The translations under genes were made by a program, and so were the position numbers. A stretch of DNA of 64,000 nucleotides. Origin: Hemiscyllium ocellatum. Taxonomy: Eukaryota. Positions 1 through 12,440 of this stretch are shown here, in pieces. Under the pieces are notes generated by a model. That model was not told the DNA's origin and searched no databases. It worked only from the letters and a program-made list of their open reading frames with translations. The stretch spans positions 13,069,868 through 13,133,867 of the forward strand of contig NC_083449.1 in the NCBI RefSeq assembly GCF_020745735.1, in the 5' to 3' direction. The stretch's first letter is position 1. Each line of letters opens with the position of its first letter.

Positions 1-375
1 ACGTACTAGACTCAACAGATTCAAAGTTTAGAGTGAAACTTTAGAAATAGAACCTCTTCTTTCCTTCAATGAGTGTATTACCAACTTGATATTGGTGTAT
101 GTCACCATTGCAGCTGCTTCAGGAACTCCCAGTCATGGAGGTGTACAGATGTTAGTTTCTGGATCTCACCCAATCGTTAACAAATGGGAATAAAAGAAAA
201 TGAGATGAGGAGCAAGTCAGGGAAAAAACTGGAATCAAAGTCTGGTTCTGTTCGAATTGCTGAGTTTCAAAAATCCCTAATGATTATTAACTGAATGGCC
301 ACACTGATCAGTTTGATCTTGCCTAACTTGGCTTTATGTTGATTTACAGCTGAAACATCTTCTGTCTCTCTCCAA

Positions 376-457
376 GCAAATATTCCAAGGATCAAGGCAA
401 TCTAATATTTCCTCAGTACAAAGCTAAGTGTGATCAGCTGCTTCCAACAAACACCAG
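376..457 (+). other. 82-nt exon-like module copy (acceptor CAG mutated to CAA; donor CAG|GTATGT)
   Basis: Homologous to the 82-nt segments flanked by polypyrimidine-AG and GTATGT elsewhere in the window. Confidence 0.55.
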
Positions 458-1087
458 GTATGTTACTGCTGGCAGAGTGGAGAATTTCCTTTCCACAGTC
501 TCAGATCAGATTGAAACAGACTTAGATTGAGTTCAGTTTCCAGAGACTTATCCAAACAAATAGTCAGACACAACAGTGGAAAGACAAGTTTCTTTTCTCT
601 CTCCATTCCCCATAGATGTCTTCCCACTTCCAATTAATATCATTCATAACGCATTAACATTCACACCATGTTTGAAGTGTTATAGGCTGACTCCTTATCT
701 AAGGTACATAATTGGGAAGTAAATGAACATTGTATTTAATAATGGCATTTTAAATGTCACAAACCAGAAAGATAATGACATCACACTGTTACATCATTTC
801 AACAGCCAAATATGACAATTAGTGAATCATTACTGAGCAGACACACATACACAAAGGAACTGGCTGATTCAGATTGAGTCCCAGAGACACTCAACGTATC
901 GACACACAAGGTACAAAGACTAACAACAATGTACATCCATTTACGTTGCAGGGAACAGACGTGACTGCATCCAAAATGTTTTACAAAGACAAGCACCTAA
1001 TCCCATTCAGCCAGCATTCCATTTCAATAAGTGTGTCATAGCAGCAGAGGAGCTGTCAACTCCTCCGTTATCTCAACACAATTCTCA

Positions 1088-1294
1088 ACTTTCCATCTCC
1101 CCTCCCCCAAGTCCCTCCTCCCTACCTTTTATCTTAGCCTGCTTGGCACACACTCCTCATTCCTGATGAAGGGCTTATGCCCGAAACGTCGAATTTCTTA
1201 TTCCTTGGATGCTGCCTAACCTGCTGTGCTTTAACCAGCAACACATTTTCAACTGTGATCTCCAGCATCTGCAGACCTCATTTTTTACCCGGAG
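1088..1294 (+). mobile_element. Penelope-like element 3' end with minimal hammerhead motif; TSD AATTCTCA
   Basis: AATTCTCA at 1080-1087 and 1295-1302. Empty site in the repeat copy near 55565. CTGATGA-A-GGGC-TTAT-GCCC-GAAACGTC at 1163-1190. Confidence 0.85.
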
Positions 1295-1571
1295 AATTCT
1301 CACCTTGTTCACCTTGCAAACAGAGAAACTATGTTTTCCCTCTGCCCAGCAATAGGTTTGTTTTTAAAAAAAAACAGTTGTGTAACTTTGTTCCCAAATT
1401 CACTTCAATCTTGTACAAAGAGTCCCACATGTTCCCCCCCTATGAAATATTACAAAAAAGGAGGAAAATAGAATGTCATTTCTTCAAATTAACCATACAA
1501 TCAAATAATCACCTTTTATTCTGATGAAGAAAGATCAATTAGCCAAATCTTGTAATTTGTAAATTCTCTTC

Positions 1572-2135
1572 ACATAGAACATTGAATGTTACAGCCCATT
1601 ACAGGCCTTTCACCCTTGATGTTGCACTGACCTGTGACACCAACCTGAAGCCCATCTAACCTACACTATTCCATTATCATCCATCTATTTATCCAATGAC
1701 CATTTAAATACCTTCACAGTTGGTGAGTATACTACTGTTGCAGGGAGCATTCCATGCTCTTACTACTCTGAGTAAAGAACCTACCTCTGACATCTGTCCT
1801 GTATCTATCACCCCTCAATTTAAAGCTAATTTAATTCACATTCACACACATCCCCTCATGCTAGCTATCACCATCTGAGGAAAAAGGTTCTCACTGTCCA
1901 CCCTAACAAATCCTCTGATCATCTCTTAAGTCACATCTTAACCTTCTTCTCTCTAATGAAAACAGCTTCATGTCCCTCAGCCCTTCCTCATAAGACTTTG
2001 CTTTCATACCAGGCAATGTCCTGGTAAACCTCCTCTGCACGCTTTCAATGTTTCCACATCCATCGTATAATGCGGTGACCACAAATGTAGGCAATACTCC
2101 AAGTGTATCCACCCCAGAGTATTGTACAGCTGCTA
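1572..2135 (-). mobile_element. CR1 LINE 3' fragment
   Basis: ESVQRRFTRTLPGMK...LFSLERRRLR, the C-terminus of CR1 ORF2, followed by a CR1-type 3' UTR. Confidence 0.9.
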
Positions 2136-2579
2136 AATTTACCTGAATGGTTTAAATCTTCCCCACTGTATAACAGAAAGCACAATTCCTTTTGCTATTG
2201 ACATTCCCACCAAAGAGCATCAGAGAGTACTGCCAATGCCTTGCACCGTCACACTACTGAACAGGGTTTTATAATATTCAGAATAGAACAATGAAATGAA
2301 CTAGCCAGTTCTTTTTCCTGTAGAAGGAACGCTGTGGTCAGTCAGCTGCGATACAGTTTATTTGTTTGTTGCCCTTTCCCTCACACATTAACAACAGAAT
2401 GTTACACCTATCCATTTCTCAGCATTATTCACAAAAGTATGTCACTATTCTCTGAGAAAAGCTGATGGCATCCTGAGGAACAGCCCCGATATCATTCCTC
2501 CCAGTTAGACTGTGCACTGAAGGAGTGAGAAAACTCTTCACTTTTCCATGTCACAATCCATGACCCAAAACAAATGAAC

Positions 2580-5500
2580 TGAGCAGAACTGACAGGCAGA
2601 GATTGATAACTACATTCACAGATTCACAAAGCAGAAGCTGGCATGTACAGATTGATGACTATACTGACACATTCACAGGGAAGAAGTGTACAAAAGAAGA
2701 TCGATAACTGTAGTTTCCTGCTCACATAACAGAAACATGTATATATAGATTGTTGAGTACAGTTTCTAACACATAGTACAAACTGAAAAGGAGAAATTGG
2801 TTACTATATTTACATACTTATATAACAGACTGGCAGGGACAAATTGCTAAGCATATTCACATACTTACAACACAGAAGCTAATCGAGAAAGATTGATAAA
2901 TGCATTCACATAGTGGATACTGACAGTTACAGATTAATAACTGTAACTGCACACTCAGATACACAGAGCTGAAACTGTCAGGAACAGGTTGGTAAATATA
3001 CTCAGACATTCACTTCGTAGTTACTGACAGAGAAAGTTTGATAACAAATCCATCATGTCGACATAGCAGAACCTGACAGGAACAGATTAATAACCATAAT
3101 ACTCCTAGTGTCACACGGCATCAATAACTCATCTCACATTTTCACAGAGCAGTACAGATCAATAACTATATCAGATTGACAAGCAAAACCTGACAGGTAT
3201 AGAATGACAACTATCCTCACACATTTGCTGTTAGAAACTGAAGATAACTATGCTCATATTCACATGGCAGACACAGTTACCGCTTGATAACTACAGTCAC
3301 CCATTCATATTGCAGTAACTGACAGGGACAGATTGATGATGACACCCACACATTGATATGACAGAAACCGACACAGGTACAGATCGATAGCTAAAATCAC
3401 ATATGGATGTAGCACAAACTGACAGGTAGAGACTGATAATGGCAGTGTAATTCATATTGCAGACACTGAGATTGATAACTACACTCACATATTCACATAG
3501 AAACTGACAAGTACAGGTTTGATATCCACAGTCACACATTCATAGTACAGTAACTGACAGGGATCCTCCCTATGAAATATTACAAAAAAGAAAGAAAACC
3601 GAATGTCATTTTTTGAAGTTATCAACATAAGTTTTCCACTACATCCTAAGATATACATGATGATGTTCCAGAGATTTAGTCACTTTTATGTTTTTTTTTA
3701 ACACCTCTAGGACCTTCTTTACTGTCAAGTGTACTGTTTTCAAGACATCAATATTTATTTCCCCAAGTTCCCTAGCCTCCACCACTACAGAATGATAACT
3801 AAGTTCATATATTCAAATAGGAGAAATACACACATGCACAAACCCAAAACTGACAAGATCAAATTGATAACTACACTGTCAGATTTACAGAGCAGAAACT
3901 GACGGGCACAGCACGATACCTGCTTTGATGTATTCACAGAGTCGAGTCTGATAGGTATATATGCATGACACAACTCACACATTCACCTTGCAGAAACTGA
4001 CAGGTATAGATTTATCACTACACAAAGCAGAAACTAACCGGAAAAATTTCATAACTACACTGGCATAGGAGAGACCGACTGTACAGATCCACTCTCACAT
4101 ATTGATATAGCAAACAGAGATTAATTGGCACAGATGCAGTCATGCATTAGTTGGGAAAACACACACATTTGCATTGTGAAAACTGACATGTCCATGTTGA
4201 TAACTATATTTGGATGCTCACATAGCAAAGACAGATTGATAACTGCACTATATTCACAAAGCAGAATCTGACAGGAAGAAATTAATAATTTTATTTTGAT
4301 TTGGACATAGCTGAAACTGACAGCTTTATAAATTGATAACCTCATTCACATATTCACAAGACAGATACTGACAAGGAATAATTAATAAATACACTCATAT
4401 TCACCAAGCAGAAACTGACTGGTAAGAGACTGATAGCAATACTCATTCTCATAGGTGAAACTGCTAGATATTGGTTGATATGTGCACTATTATTCACATA
4501 GCAAACACTCACATGGACGGATGTATTACTTTCTCAGATATACAGAAGAGATACTGACAGGGACAGATTGGTAATTACACGCCTCTTGTCAATAACAGAA
4601 AATCACAGGAACAAATCAATAATAACACTCCCCCTTTCATGTAACATAAACTCACAGATACAGTTTGTTAGCTACACACAATTTCACACAGCAGAATCTG
4701 AGAGGTGCAGTTTGATAACTGCCTCACATATTGACTTGGCAGAAACTGGTAGAGATGGATTCAAACATGTGCTCACAAATTCACATTGAAGAAACTGACT
4801 GGTACATACAGAGAAGATCTTCTGGCAAGTACAATTTGATAAAGACACTTAACTTTGAATAGAGTCTCACACGTATCTGACAGGTACAGAGTGATAAATG
4901 TATCTACACATTCTCAAAGCCAAACACTGACAGTTACAGATTGATAACAACACCCTCTCTCACGTAGCAGAAACCAGCAGGGACATTTGATAACCATACA
5001 CTCACTTATTCACTTTGCAGAGACTGGCATGAATATTTGCTTCTGATATTCTCATATTTACTCAGCAGAATTGGTTGAGAATAGACTGACAATTACACAC
5101 ACACATATTCAGCAAGAAAAATTGACAGGTATCGATTGGTAACTCTATTTATAAATTCACACAAAGTCTGACAGGGCAGATCAAACTTAAACTCAGATAA
5201 ACTCATAGGTACATAAACTTTGACAGGTACAGATTCAGAGAGCAAAAGCTAATAGTGAAAGATTGATAAATTCACTTTTACATTGGAAAGACTGGCAGGA
5301 ATAGATTGATAAATGCACCTACATGCACAGAGCAGAAACTGATAGGTACAGATTGATAACTACATACCTGTATGCACACAGCAGAAAGTGACATGGACAG
5401 AGTGATAACTACATTCACATATTTGTATTGCAACAACTGACAGGGACACATTAATTGACCATCACTTGTTCACATGACCAACCTGACAGGCATAGACTGA

Positions 5501-5760
5501 AAATGACAGTCTCGTTCACACAGCAGAATCTGATGGGCAGAGATTGATAACGGCACTCTCACATTCACATTGGCTGCAACTGACAGGTACATATTGATAA
5601 GTGCATTGACACATTAACAAACCAGAAACAGATCAGTACAGAGTATTACTGACCCTTTAAGATTAACAGATCAGAAACTGACTGGGACAGGCTGGTAAAT
5701 AAACTCTTACATTTACATCGTAGAGACTGACAGGTACATATTACCAGCTGTATCTGAACA
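2580..5760 (+). repeat. Degenerate ~49-bp tandem satellite (consensus approx. AGCAGAAACTGACAGGTACAGATTGATAACTACACTCACATATTCACAT)
   Basis: Dozens of recurrences of gaaactgacagg / gattgataact / cacatattcac at ~49-bp spacing; interrupted at ~3565-3785. Confidence 0.9.
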
Positions 5761-5865
5761 AATTTCACCATTTATAGCCCATTGACATGCGCAATATTTT
5801 GAAGATAGATAGACTGAATTCTCATCCAAAATATACACTCGGGAACTGCAACATATCTGGAGAAA

Positions 5866-6080
5866 GGGAGGACTGCAGGTGCTGGAGATCAGAGTACTGG
5901 AAAAGCACAGCAGGCCAGGCAGCATCTGAGGAGCATGAGAATCAATGTTTTGGGCATAAGCCATTCATCAGGAAGGGAAGGGCTTCCTGATGAAGGGCTT
6001 CTGCCCGAAACATTGATTCTCCTGTTCCTCAGAGGATGCCTGGCCTGCTGTATTTTTCCAGCACTACGCTCTCGACACTG
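5866..6080. mobile_element. Inverted pair of Penelope-like termini (palindrome) with hammerhead motifs
   Basis: ctggaaaagcacagcaggccaggcagcatc...ttcatcagg mirrored by cctgatgaagggcttctgcccgaaac...gatgcctggcctgctgt...tttccag. Confidence 0.85.
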
Positions 6081-6707
6081 AAAGAAATCACCTGTTTTAG
6101 TGAATTTCTCTTTTTGCCAAGTGTGTTTATTGGACATTACTATATTAAAATTCATGTGATCAACAGAAAATAAAAGGCACAGGTCACAATATATCACTTC
6201 CCTTTTATTCATGGTGGTAATCCAAGTAAAACTGACAGTGTTACACACACTGGCAGCTATTCTGAGGAATGTATGAATAGTTTGGGCCTATTCTCATTGG
6301 AGAATTGAAGAAGGGTGTGGAACCTTAAGGGGAAATGGAAACTGAAGGGGGCTGACCGATGAGATGCTGGTAGAATGTCCTTAATCTACAGAGAGTGTAG
6401 AGCAAGAAACACAAACAAGATGCAATTGTCAAGTAGTTCCATCATTTCCAGGAGAGAAACACACTCCCTGTCAGATTGCACTGCACTTTGTCACTTGGCG
6501 ACAGAAGTGATGCCAATTTTCAAAGGGATGAGAAAAGAGAACCATTATTAAAAGATGCAGGGTAAATCGGTATTAGGGTCTCACAATTTAGAGTGAGCTC
6601 GGAGGTTGATCCCTGCTCAAGAGTTCGGTTTGTGTTCCCCATGTCATTGCAGATCCTGATAGATCCACATTTTGGGATTCTCTGCAGGTCAGCATCGTGT
6701 CCCACAG

Positions 6708-6810
6708 TAACCAATCAGAACGAGGTGAATATTTCCTGTAAGGCAGCCAATCAGAGAGCAGGCCTTCCCCATCCCTCATTAGCATTACTGACGCTGTCAG
6801 TGTATAAAAG
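6708..6810 (+). promoter_or_regulatory. H2B promoter: two CCAAT boxes, octamer-like H2B box, TATA
   Basis: CCAAT at 6711 and 6747; CTCATTAGCAT at 6775-6785 (one mismatch to the ATTTGCAT octamer); TATAAAA at 6803-6809. Confidence 0.85.
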
Positions 6811-6863
6811 GCGAGCTCGGAGCCCGCTTTCCCCTTACACTGTGTGTGAAAGGGAGCGGCAGG

Positions 6864-7244
6864 ATGGCGGATGAGAAGAAAGCACAGGCAGTCCCCAAAA
6901 AGGGCGCTAAGAAAATGGTCAAGAAGCCGGCAGCGAAGGGCGTCAAGCAGAGGAGGCGGCGGAGGAAAGAAACTTACTCCATCTACATCTACAAAGTGAT
7001 GAAGCAGGTTCACCCCGACACCGGCATCTCCTCCAAGGCCATGAGCATCATGAACTCGTTCGTCAAAGATATTTTCGAGCGGATCGCGGGGGAAGCTTCC
7101 CGCCTGGCCCAGTACAACAAGCGCAGAACCATCAGCTCCCGGGAGATCCAGACCGCCGTGCGGCTGCTGCTGCCCGGGGAGCTGGCCAAGCACGCCGTGT
7201 CGGAGGGCACAAAGGCGGTGACCAAGTACACCAGCTCCAAGTGA
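6864..7244 (+). CDS. H2B: Histone H2B (126 aa)
   Basis: MADEKK...[20 protein letters not shown]...[21 protein letters not shown]; ATG at 6864; intronless. Confidence 0.99.
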   Translation: MADEKKAQAVPKKGAKKMVKKPAAKGVKQRRRRRKETYSIYIYKVMKQVHPDTGISSKAMSIMNSFVKDIFERIAGEASRLAQYNKRRTISSREIQTAVRLLLPGELAKHAVSEGTKAVTKYTSSK

Positions 7245-7277
7245 AGGGCAGCATTGGAGTGAAAACCAAAACCCAAC

Positions 7278-7293
7278 GGCTCTTTTCAGAGCC
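7278..7293 (+). terminator. Histone 3' stem-loop (H2B)
   Basis: GGCTCTTTTCAGAGCC followed by ACC and a downstream GAAACAGCTG element. Confidence 0.98.
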
Positions 7294-7634
7294 ACCTCCA
7301 CCTTCCGTGAAACAGCTGAACTAGTATCGTTCTGAGTATGTACGGTGAATGTGACCACGGTATTGGGGTTGGATGAAGATTGTGTCAATGAATGAGTGCC
7401 CGCCGACCCTCTGCGCGCCTTATTCTCGGATATATTCCTGTATATCCTGTAATCCCTGCCCGGGAGGGAGATCATGGTAAATGCCACAGTCATTTCTCAG
7501 CTGCTTCCGCGTTACTCGATCAGTTCAGGAGCAAAAGGTCCCTGTGGGGTATGAACCCCGAGTTTCACTCCCTACAAACCAACCCACCCGCCGGCAGGCA
7601 AAGGAAATGTTTCCCCCTGCGTCCCATTTGCCTT

Positions 7635-8450
7635 GGTTTTTATTTCCAAATCTCCATGCGAGTATTGTCCGGATGCAGAATGCTATAAATGCTGCCGGGG
7701 AGACATTCCAAATGATCTGCACTAACCCCAGAACAGCAGCAAGACTGGCCCCGTAAATGTGGGCCTTTTACTGATCTCTGATCGAGTCCAATAGGGAGGG
7801 CAACTTGAACATCTTCCCGAAAGGCGGTGTTCGCTGTTAACGCGCCCACGCCGGAGAACGTTCCCTGATGTTTGATCAATATAACCGGGTGCTCCTGAAA
7901 TGGGAAGGAAAGGATTAGTTGCACATTGCAGTGTTTGGCGCCTTTTTTGTTTCCGCTGAGCTTCAAGTTCAGAAAATCCCCTTCCAGATCAGAAATGGGC
8001 AGATTGAAGTGGGCGGGGGAATGGGGTAAAGGGACACTGTGTAAAGTGTACATTTTTAAAGTAGAATTAACTCGAGTATTCGTGCATTCTTCCGTGTTAA
8101 AGTATCCCCTTTCCATGACATATTGGCGGGCTTTTCAAATTGGAAAGAAAGCGGTTGATGATGTGGGGCCGGGAGCTTCCGCCTTCCTCCCCGGGCCCCC
8201 TCCGGATTGGCGAATGGAGCAGTTCCCTGTTTGGGAATTGAAACAACGTTTAGGGGGATGTTGGAGAGGTTTGAAGGAGAATGGGTGACCTTTAGGGGAA
8301 AGGAGAACTTTCTGAAGGGAGTTGGGGCAGGAGATGCTGGGGAAATGTCACTGATTAACATTTTATTTTCAAATCTCCATGCGAGTATTGCCCGGATGTA
8401 AAATGTTGTAAATGTTCCTGTCTGCTGTCAGTGAGAAACTTTCAAAATGT
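7635..8450 (+). pseudogene. Orphan copy of H2A upstream region with no CDS
   Basis: Colinear with ~13375-14025 (e.g. ttggcgggcttttcaaattggaaagaaagcggttgatgatgtgg at 8123 and 13900). It stops before the proximal CCAAT boxes; the first ~90 bp restart at 8361. Confidence 0.85.
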
Positions 8451-8789
8451 AAGGGACACAGTTTAGAATATGAGGCGAAGAAAGAAATGTGGAACTTGCT
8501 GATCTTGTTATTATTTCACAGCGAGCCGTTGGTGATGGTTTATGAGCTGAGGTGAAGACTTGATAACCATTTGTCTTTTTTTAATTAGATAAGGGAGTCT
8601 CTGGGTATGGGCAGCAAGCAGGGACATGTGATTCAAACCATAACTGGAGCAATTTGTGATCATTTCTTATGACAGAATACACAGAGGCAGATGAAAATAC
8701 CACAGATGTCTGACTTTTGTGATGGTTTTCTGCTCTGAGATCTTCAACATGACAGAAACCTGAACAAAATAATACCTGTCTGTTAAAAA

Positions 8790-10090
8790 AGACATATAGA
8801 ACAGTACAGCACAGAACAGGCCCTTCAGCCCACGATGTTGTGCTGACCACTGATCCTGATGTATGCACCCTCAAATTTCTGTGACCATATGCATGTCCAG
8901 GAGTCTCTTAAATGTCCCCAATGACCCTGCCTCCACAACTGCTGCTGGCAATGCATTCCATGCTCTCTCAACTCTGTGTAAAGAACCAGCCTCTGACATC
9001 CCCCTATACTTTCCTCCAACCAGCTTAAAACTATGACCCCTTGTGTTGGTTATTTCTGCCCTGGGAAATAGTCTCTGGCTATCGACTCTATCTATGCCTC
9101 CTATTATCTTGTATACCTCAATTAGGTCCCCTTTTCTCCAATGAAAAATGTCAGAGCTTAGTCAACCTCTCTCAATAAGATAAGCCCTCCAGTCCAGGCA
9201 GCATCCTAGTAAACCTCCTCTGAACCCTCTCCAAAGCATCCACATCTTTCTTTTAATAGGGCCACCAGAAGTGGACGCAGTATTCCAAGTGTGGTCTAAC
9301 CAAAGTTTTATAGAGGTGCAACAAGATCTCACGACTCTTAAACTCAATCCCCCTGTTAATGAAAGCCAAAACACCACATGCTTTTTTAACAATCCTGTCC
9401 ACTTGGGTGGCCATTTTAAGGGATGTATGTATCTGCACCCCAAGATCCCTCTCTTCCTCCACACTTCCAAGAATCCTATCCTTAATCCTGTACTCAGCTT
9501 TCAAATTCGACCTTCCAAAATGCATCACCTCGTATTTATCCAGGTTGAACTCCATCTGCCACCTCTTAGCCCATCTCTGCATCCTGTCAATGTCCCGCTG
9601 CAGCCTACAACAGCCCTCTATAATGTCAACGATACCTCCATCCTTTGTGTCATCTCCAAACTTGCCAACCCATCCTTCAATCCCCTCATCCAAGTCATTA
9701 ATAAAAATTACAAACAATAGAGGCCCAAGGACAGGGCCCTGTGGAACACCACTCCCCACAGACTTCCAGGCAGAATATTTTCCTTCCACTACCACTCACT
9801 GTCTTCTGTTGGCCAGCCAATTCTCTATCCAGACAGCTATGTTCCCCTGAATCCCATTCCTCCTGACCTTCTGAATAAGCCTACCATGGGGGAACCTGTT
9901 CAAATGCCTTGCTGAAGTCCATATACACCACATCCACAGCTCGACCCTAATCAACGTTTCTAGTCACGTCCTCAAAGAACTCGATAAGGTTTGTGAGGTA
10001 TGACCTGACCCCTTCAAAGCTGTGTTAACTGCATTTAATCAAGCCATGCTCTTCCCGATGGTCATAAATTCTATCCCTCAGAATCCTTTC
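8790..10090 (-). mobile_element. CR1 LINE, 5'-truncated (RT C-terminal half plus 3' UTR)
   Basis: ORF 9253-9795 has GVPQG.VLGPLLFVIFINDL, KFGDDTK and LYKTLVRPHLEYC. Confidence 0.95.
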
Positions 10091-10119
10091 TGGAGCCTTA
10101 ATGGACATTCTAACAGATG

Positions 10120-10312
10120 AGAGACTTAACAAACAATCAAGGTATTTTTCAATGTAAAATTTCAATTACATCACACTAAACTGTTGCTATAAATTCTGTG
10201 TCTTAGAATTGTGTCCTCCACAACCACCTGATGAAGAAGCAGTGCTCCAGAAGCTAGTGCTTCCAATTAAACCTGTTGGACTCTAACCTGGTGTTGTGTG
10301 ATTTTTAACTTT
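10120..10312 (+). mobile_element. Penelope-like 3' terminus (second family), degenerate hammerhead
   Basis: Matches 45425-45620; accacctgatgaagaagcagtgctccagaagctagtg. Confidence 0.8.
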
Positions 10313-10761
10313 ATACTGTTAATCAGTGGCATTTTTCTTTTTGCCGAAAGATCATACATTTTTCTTAAAACCTCTTCAACATCTCGTAAATACTCTACAA
10401 TGCCTGACAGAAAGAGGCATCATTCTCCATAGACTTTAACTGTAACTTCCTGATATCTGTGTACTCACAGATCACATACTGACATATTTAATAACAAGTC
10501 TCCATGATATTAAAAAAAATTAACCATATATTTCATCAGAAACTTAGATGTTGAGATATTTGCTCGCTCACATGTCAGTGATTTGACAGAAACTCAGTAA
10601 AAACAAGACTGAAAACAACAAACTGGAAGTTACAAAATGAAATTCAAAGCAATAAACTGTTAGAATATAATACTTCTGTCTATTGACGAGAAACTGACAT
10701 AAACAGTGTAACAGCAGCAGTGCCATTGCAGAAGTTGGCTTTTGGGAGAGATTGAGGAGAC

Positions 10762-10862
10762 AGTGAGGACTACAGATGTTGGAGATCAGAGCAGAAAAGC
10801 GCAGCAGGTCATGCAGCATCCAAGGAACAGGAGAGTCGATGTTTCGGGCATGAGCCCTTCGG
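10762..10862 (-). mobile_element. Penelope-like terminus fragment
   Basis: gcagcaggtcatgcagcatccaaggaacaggagagtcgatgtttcgggcatgagcccttc. Confidence 0.8.
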
Positions 10863-10865
10863 ATA

Positions 10866-11282
10866 AGCTAGGGCTTTTTTCCTTTAGATGGTAGGAAACT
10901 GCGGGAAACCTTGTCGAGGAGTATAAGATCATGAGAGGCATGGATAGGGTGAATACACTCAGCCATTTTCCCAGGGTTGGGGAATCGAGGACTAGAGGGC
11001 ACCATTTTATGGTAAGAGGGGAGAGAATAAAAGGAAACCTGAGGGGCAACATTTTACACAGACAGTAGTAAACATGTGGAATAGCTGCCTGTGGAAGTGA
11101 TTGTATTGGGTACATTAATAACAGTGACAAGGCATTTGGACACATACGTGGATAGGAAATGTTGAGAAGGATATGGGCCAAGTGCAGGGAAATGGGGTTA
11201 GCGTGGATGGACATTTTGGGCAGCATGGACCAGTTTGTTCCAATGGGCCTGCCTCCATACTGCAGGTCTCCATGTCTGTATA
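10866..11282 (+). mobile_element. CR1 LINE 3' fragment
   Basis: tataagatcatgagaggcatggatagggtg...actagagggca, typical of the CR1 ORF2 end and 3' UTR. Confidence 0.85.
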
Positions 11283-11449
11283 ATGGCTGCACTCTATAAT
11301 ATTGATAGTGACAGCTCTTCCCTATAAAGCAGAAAAGAAACATTATTTTCGTTTTATTTCTTCAGATAAAAATGACCGCAGTCAACTGACTGTGTGTGTT
11401 CCTGCCAATTGTTGCAGTTTTCTCTCTCAGTGCAAAGACTTACTAGTTC

Positions 11450-11630
11450 GGTGAGTTGGCAATTGTCCATTGTGTTCAGGCATTAGTAGGTGAGGTGTGT
11501 AAGCCATGGGAAAATGCAGGGTTACAGGGATAGAGCAATGGGATCAGTCTGGGTGAGATGATCTTCAGAGGGTCAGTGTGGATTTGTTGGGTAAAATGGT
11601 TGTTCCACAACGTAAGGGTTTTATGATGTA
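11450..11630 (+). mobile_element. HE1-type SINE 3' portion
   Basis: Similar to the reverse complement of 21416-21590 (tcttcagagggtcagtgtggatttgttgggt). Confidence 0.7.
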
Positions 11631-11649
11631 GGAAAAGTTTGGGGGGATA

Positions 11650-12440
11650 TTGAACAAAGAACAAAGAAAATGTACAGCCCAGGAACAGGCCCATCGGCCC
11701 TCCAAGCCTGAGACAGTACAAATGTAATGTCTAAACTTGTCGGTCAATTCCTATGCATCTGTATCCCTCTGCTCCCCACCGACTCATGCATCTGTCCAGA
11801 CACATCATAAATGAATCTACCGTGCCTGCCTGTACCTCCTCTGTTGGCAACACGTTCCAAACGACCACCACTCTCTGTGTGAAGTGCTTGCCGCGTGTAT
11901 CTCCCTTAAACATTCCTCCTCTCATTTTGAAAGCATGATTTCCCATTATTGTATCCTTCACCCTGGGAAAAAGCTTGTCTCTATCCACCCTGTCTATACC
12001 CTTCATGATTTTGTAAACATCAATCAGGTCCCCCCTCAATCTCCTTTTTTCTAGTGAAAATAAACCTAACCTACTCAATCTGTCTTCATAGCTAGCACCT
12101 TCCATACCAGGCAACATCCTTGTCAACCTTCTCGGCAGCCGCTCCAAAGTGTCCACATCCTTTTGGTAATGTGGCGCCCAGTATTTTAAATGTGGCTGAA
12201 CCAATGTCTTCTAAAATTTTAACATGACTTGCCAGCTCTTATACTCAATACCCCATCTGATGAAGGCAAGCAGTCTATGTATATCCTCCTGTATTCTCTG
12301 ACAGTCCCTTATGCTTTCTCCCACTCCACCAATCTTTGTGTCATCTGCAAACGTGCTGATCATACCAACAGTGCCCTCTTCTAGATCATTTATGTATATT
12401 ACACACAACAGTGGCCCCAATACTGACCCCTGTGGAACAC
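11650..12440 (-). mobile_element. CR1 LINE fragment
   Basis: ORFs 11731-12204 and 12211-12420 (YINDL, FADDTK, GLFSLEKRRLRGDLI). Confidence 0.95.

Larger units (their letters stand above)
1..8730. repeat. Large tandem repeat, copy 1 (recurs at 54486-63002; period ~54.3-54.5 kb)
   Basis: acgtactagactcaacag at 1 recurs at 54486. Near-identity continues through the satellite, H2B and downstream spacer to gtgatggttttc (8730 / 63002). Confidence 0.97.

Noticed and set aside
3297-4345. Cys/Val-rich ORFs (CEYVSVVINL) on the minus strand
   Set aside because: Translations of a 49-bp unit that is not a multiple of three, with frequent stops.
2580-5760. CRISPR-like appearance of the periodic array
   Set aside because: Whole units are homologous and degenerate, with no unique spacers and no cas genes; the context is eukaryotic.
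6588-7493. 301-aa antisense ORF over H2B (also 60862-61767) and other ORFs overlapping histone genes
   Set aside because: Shadow frames produced by GC-rich histone codon usage; no independent promoter or homology.
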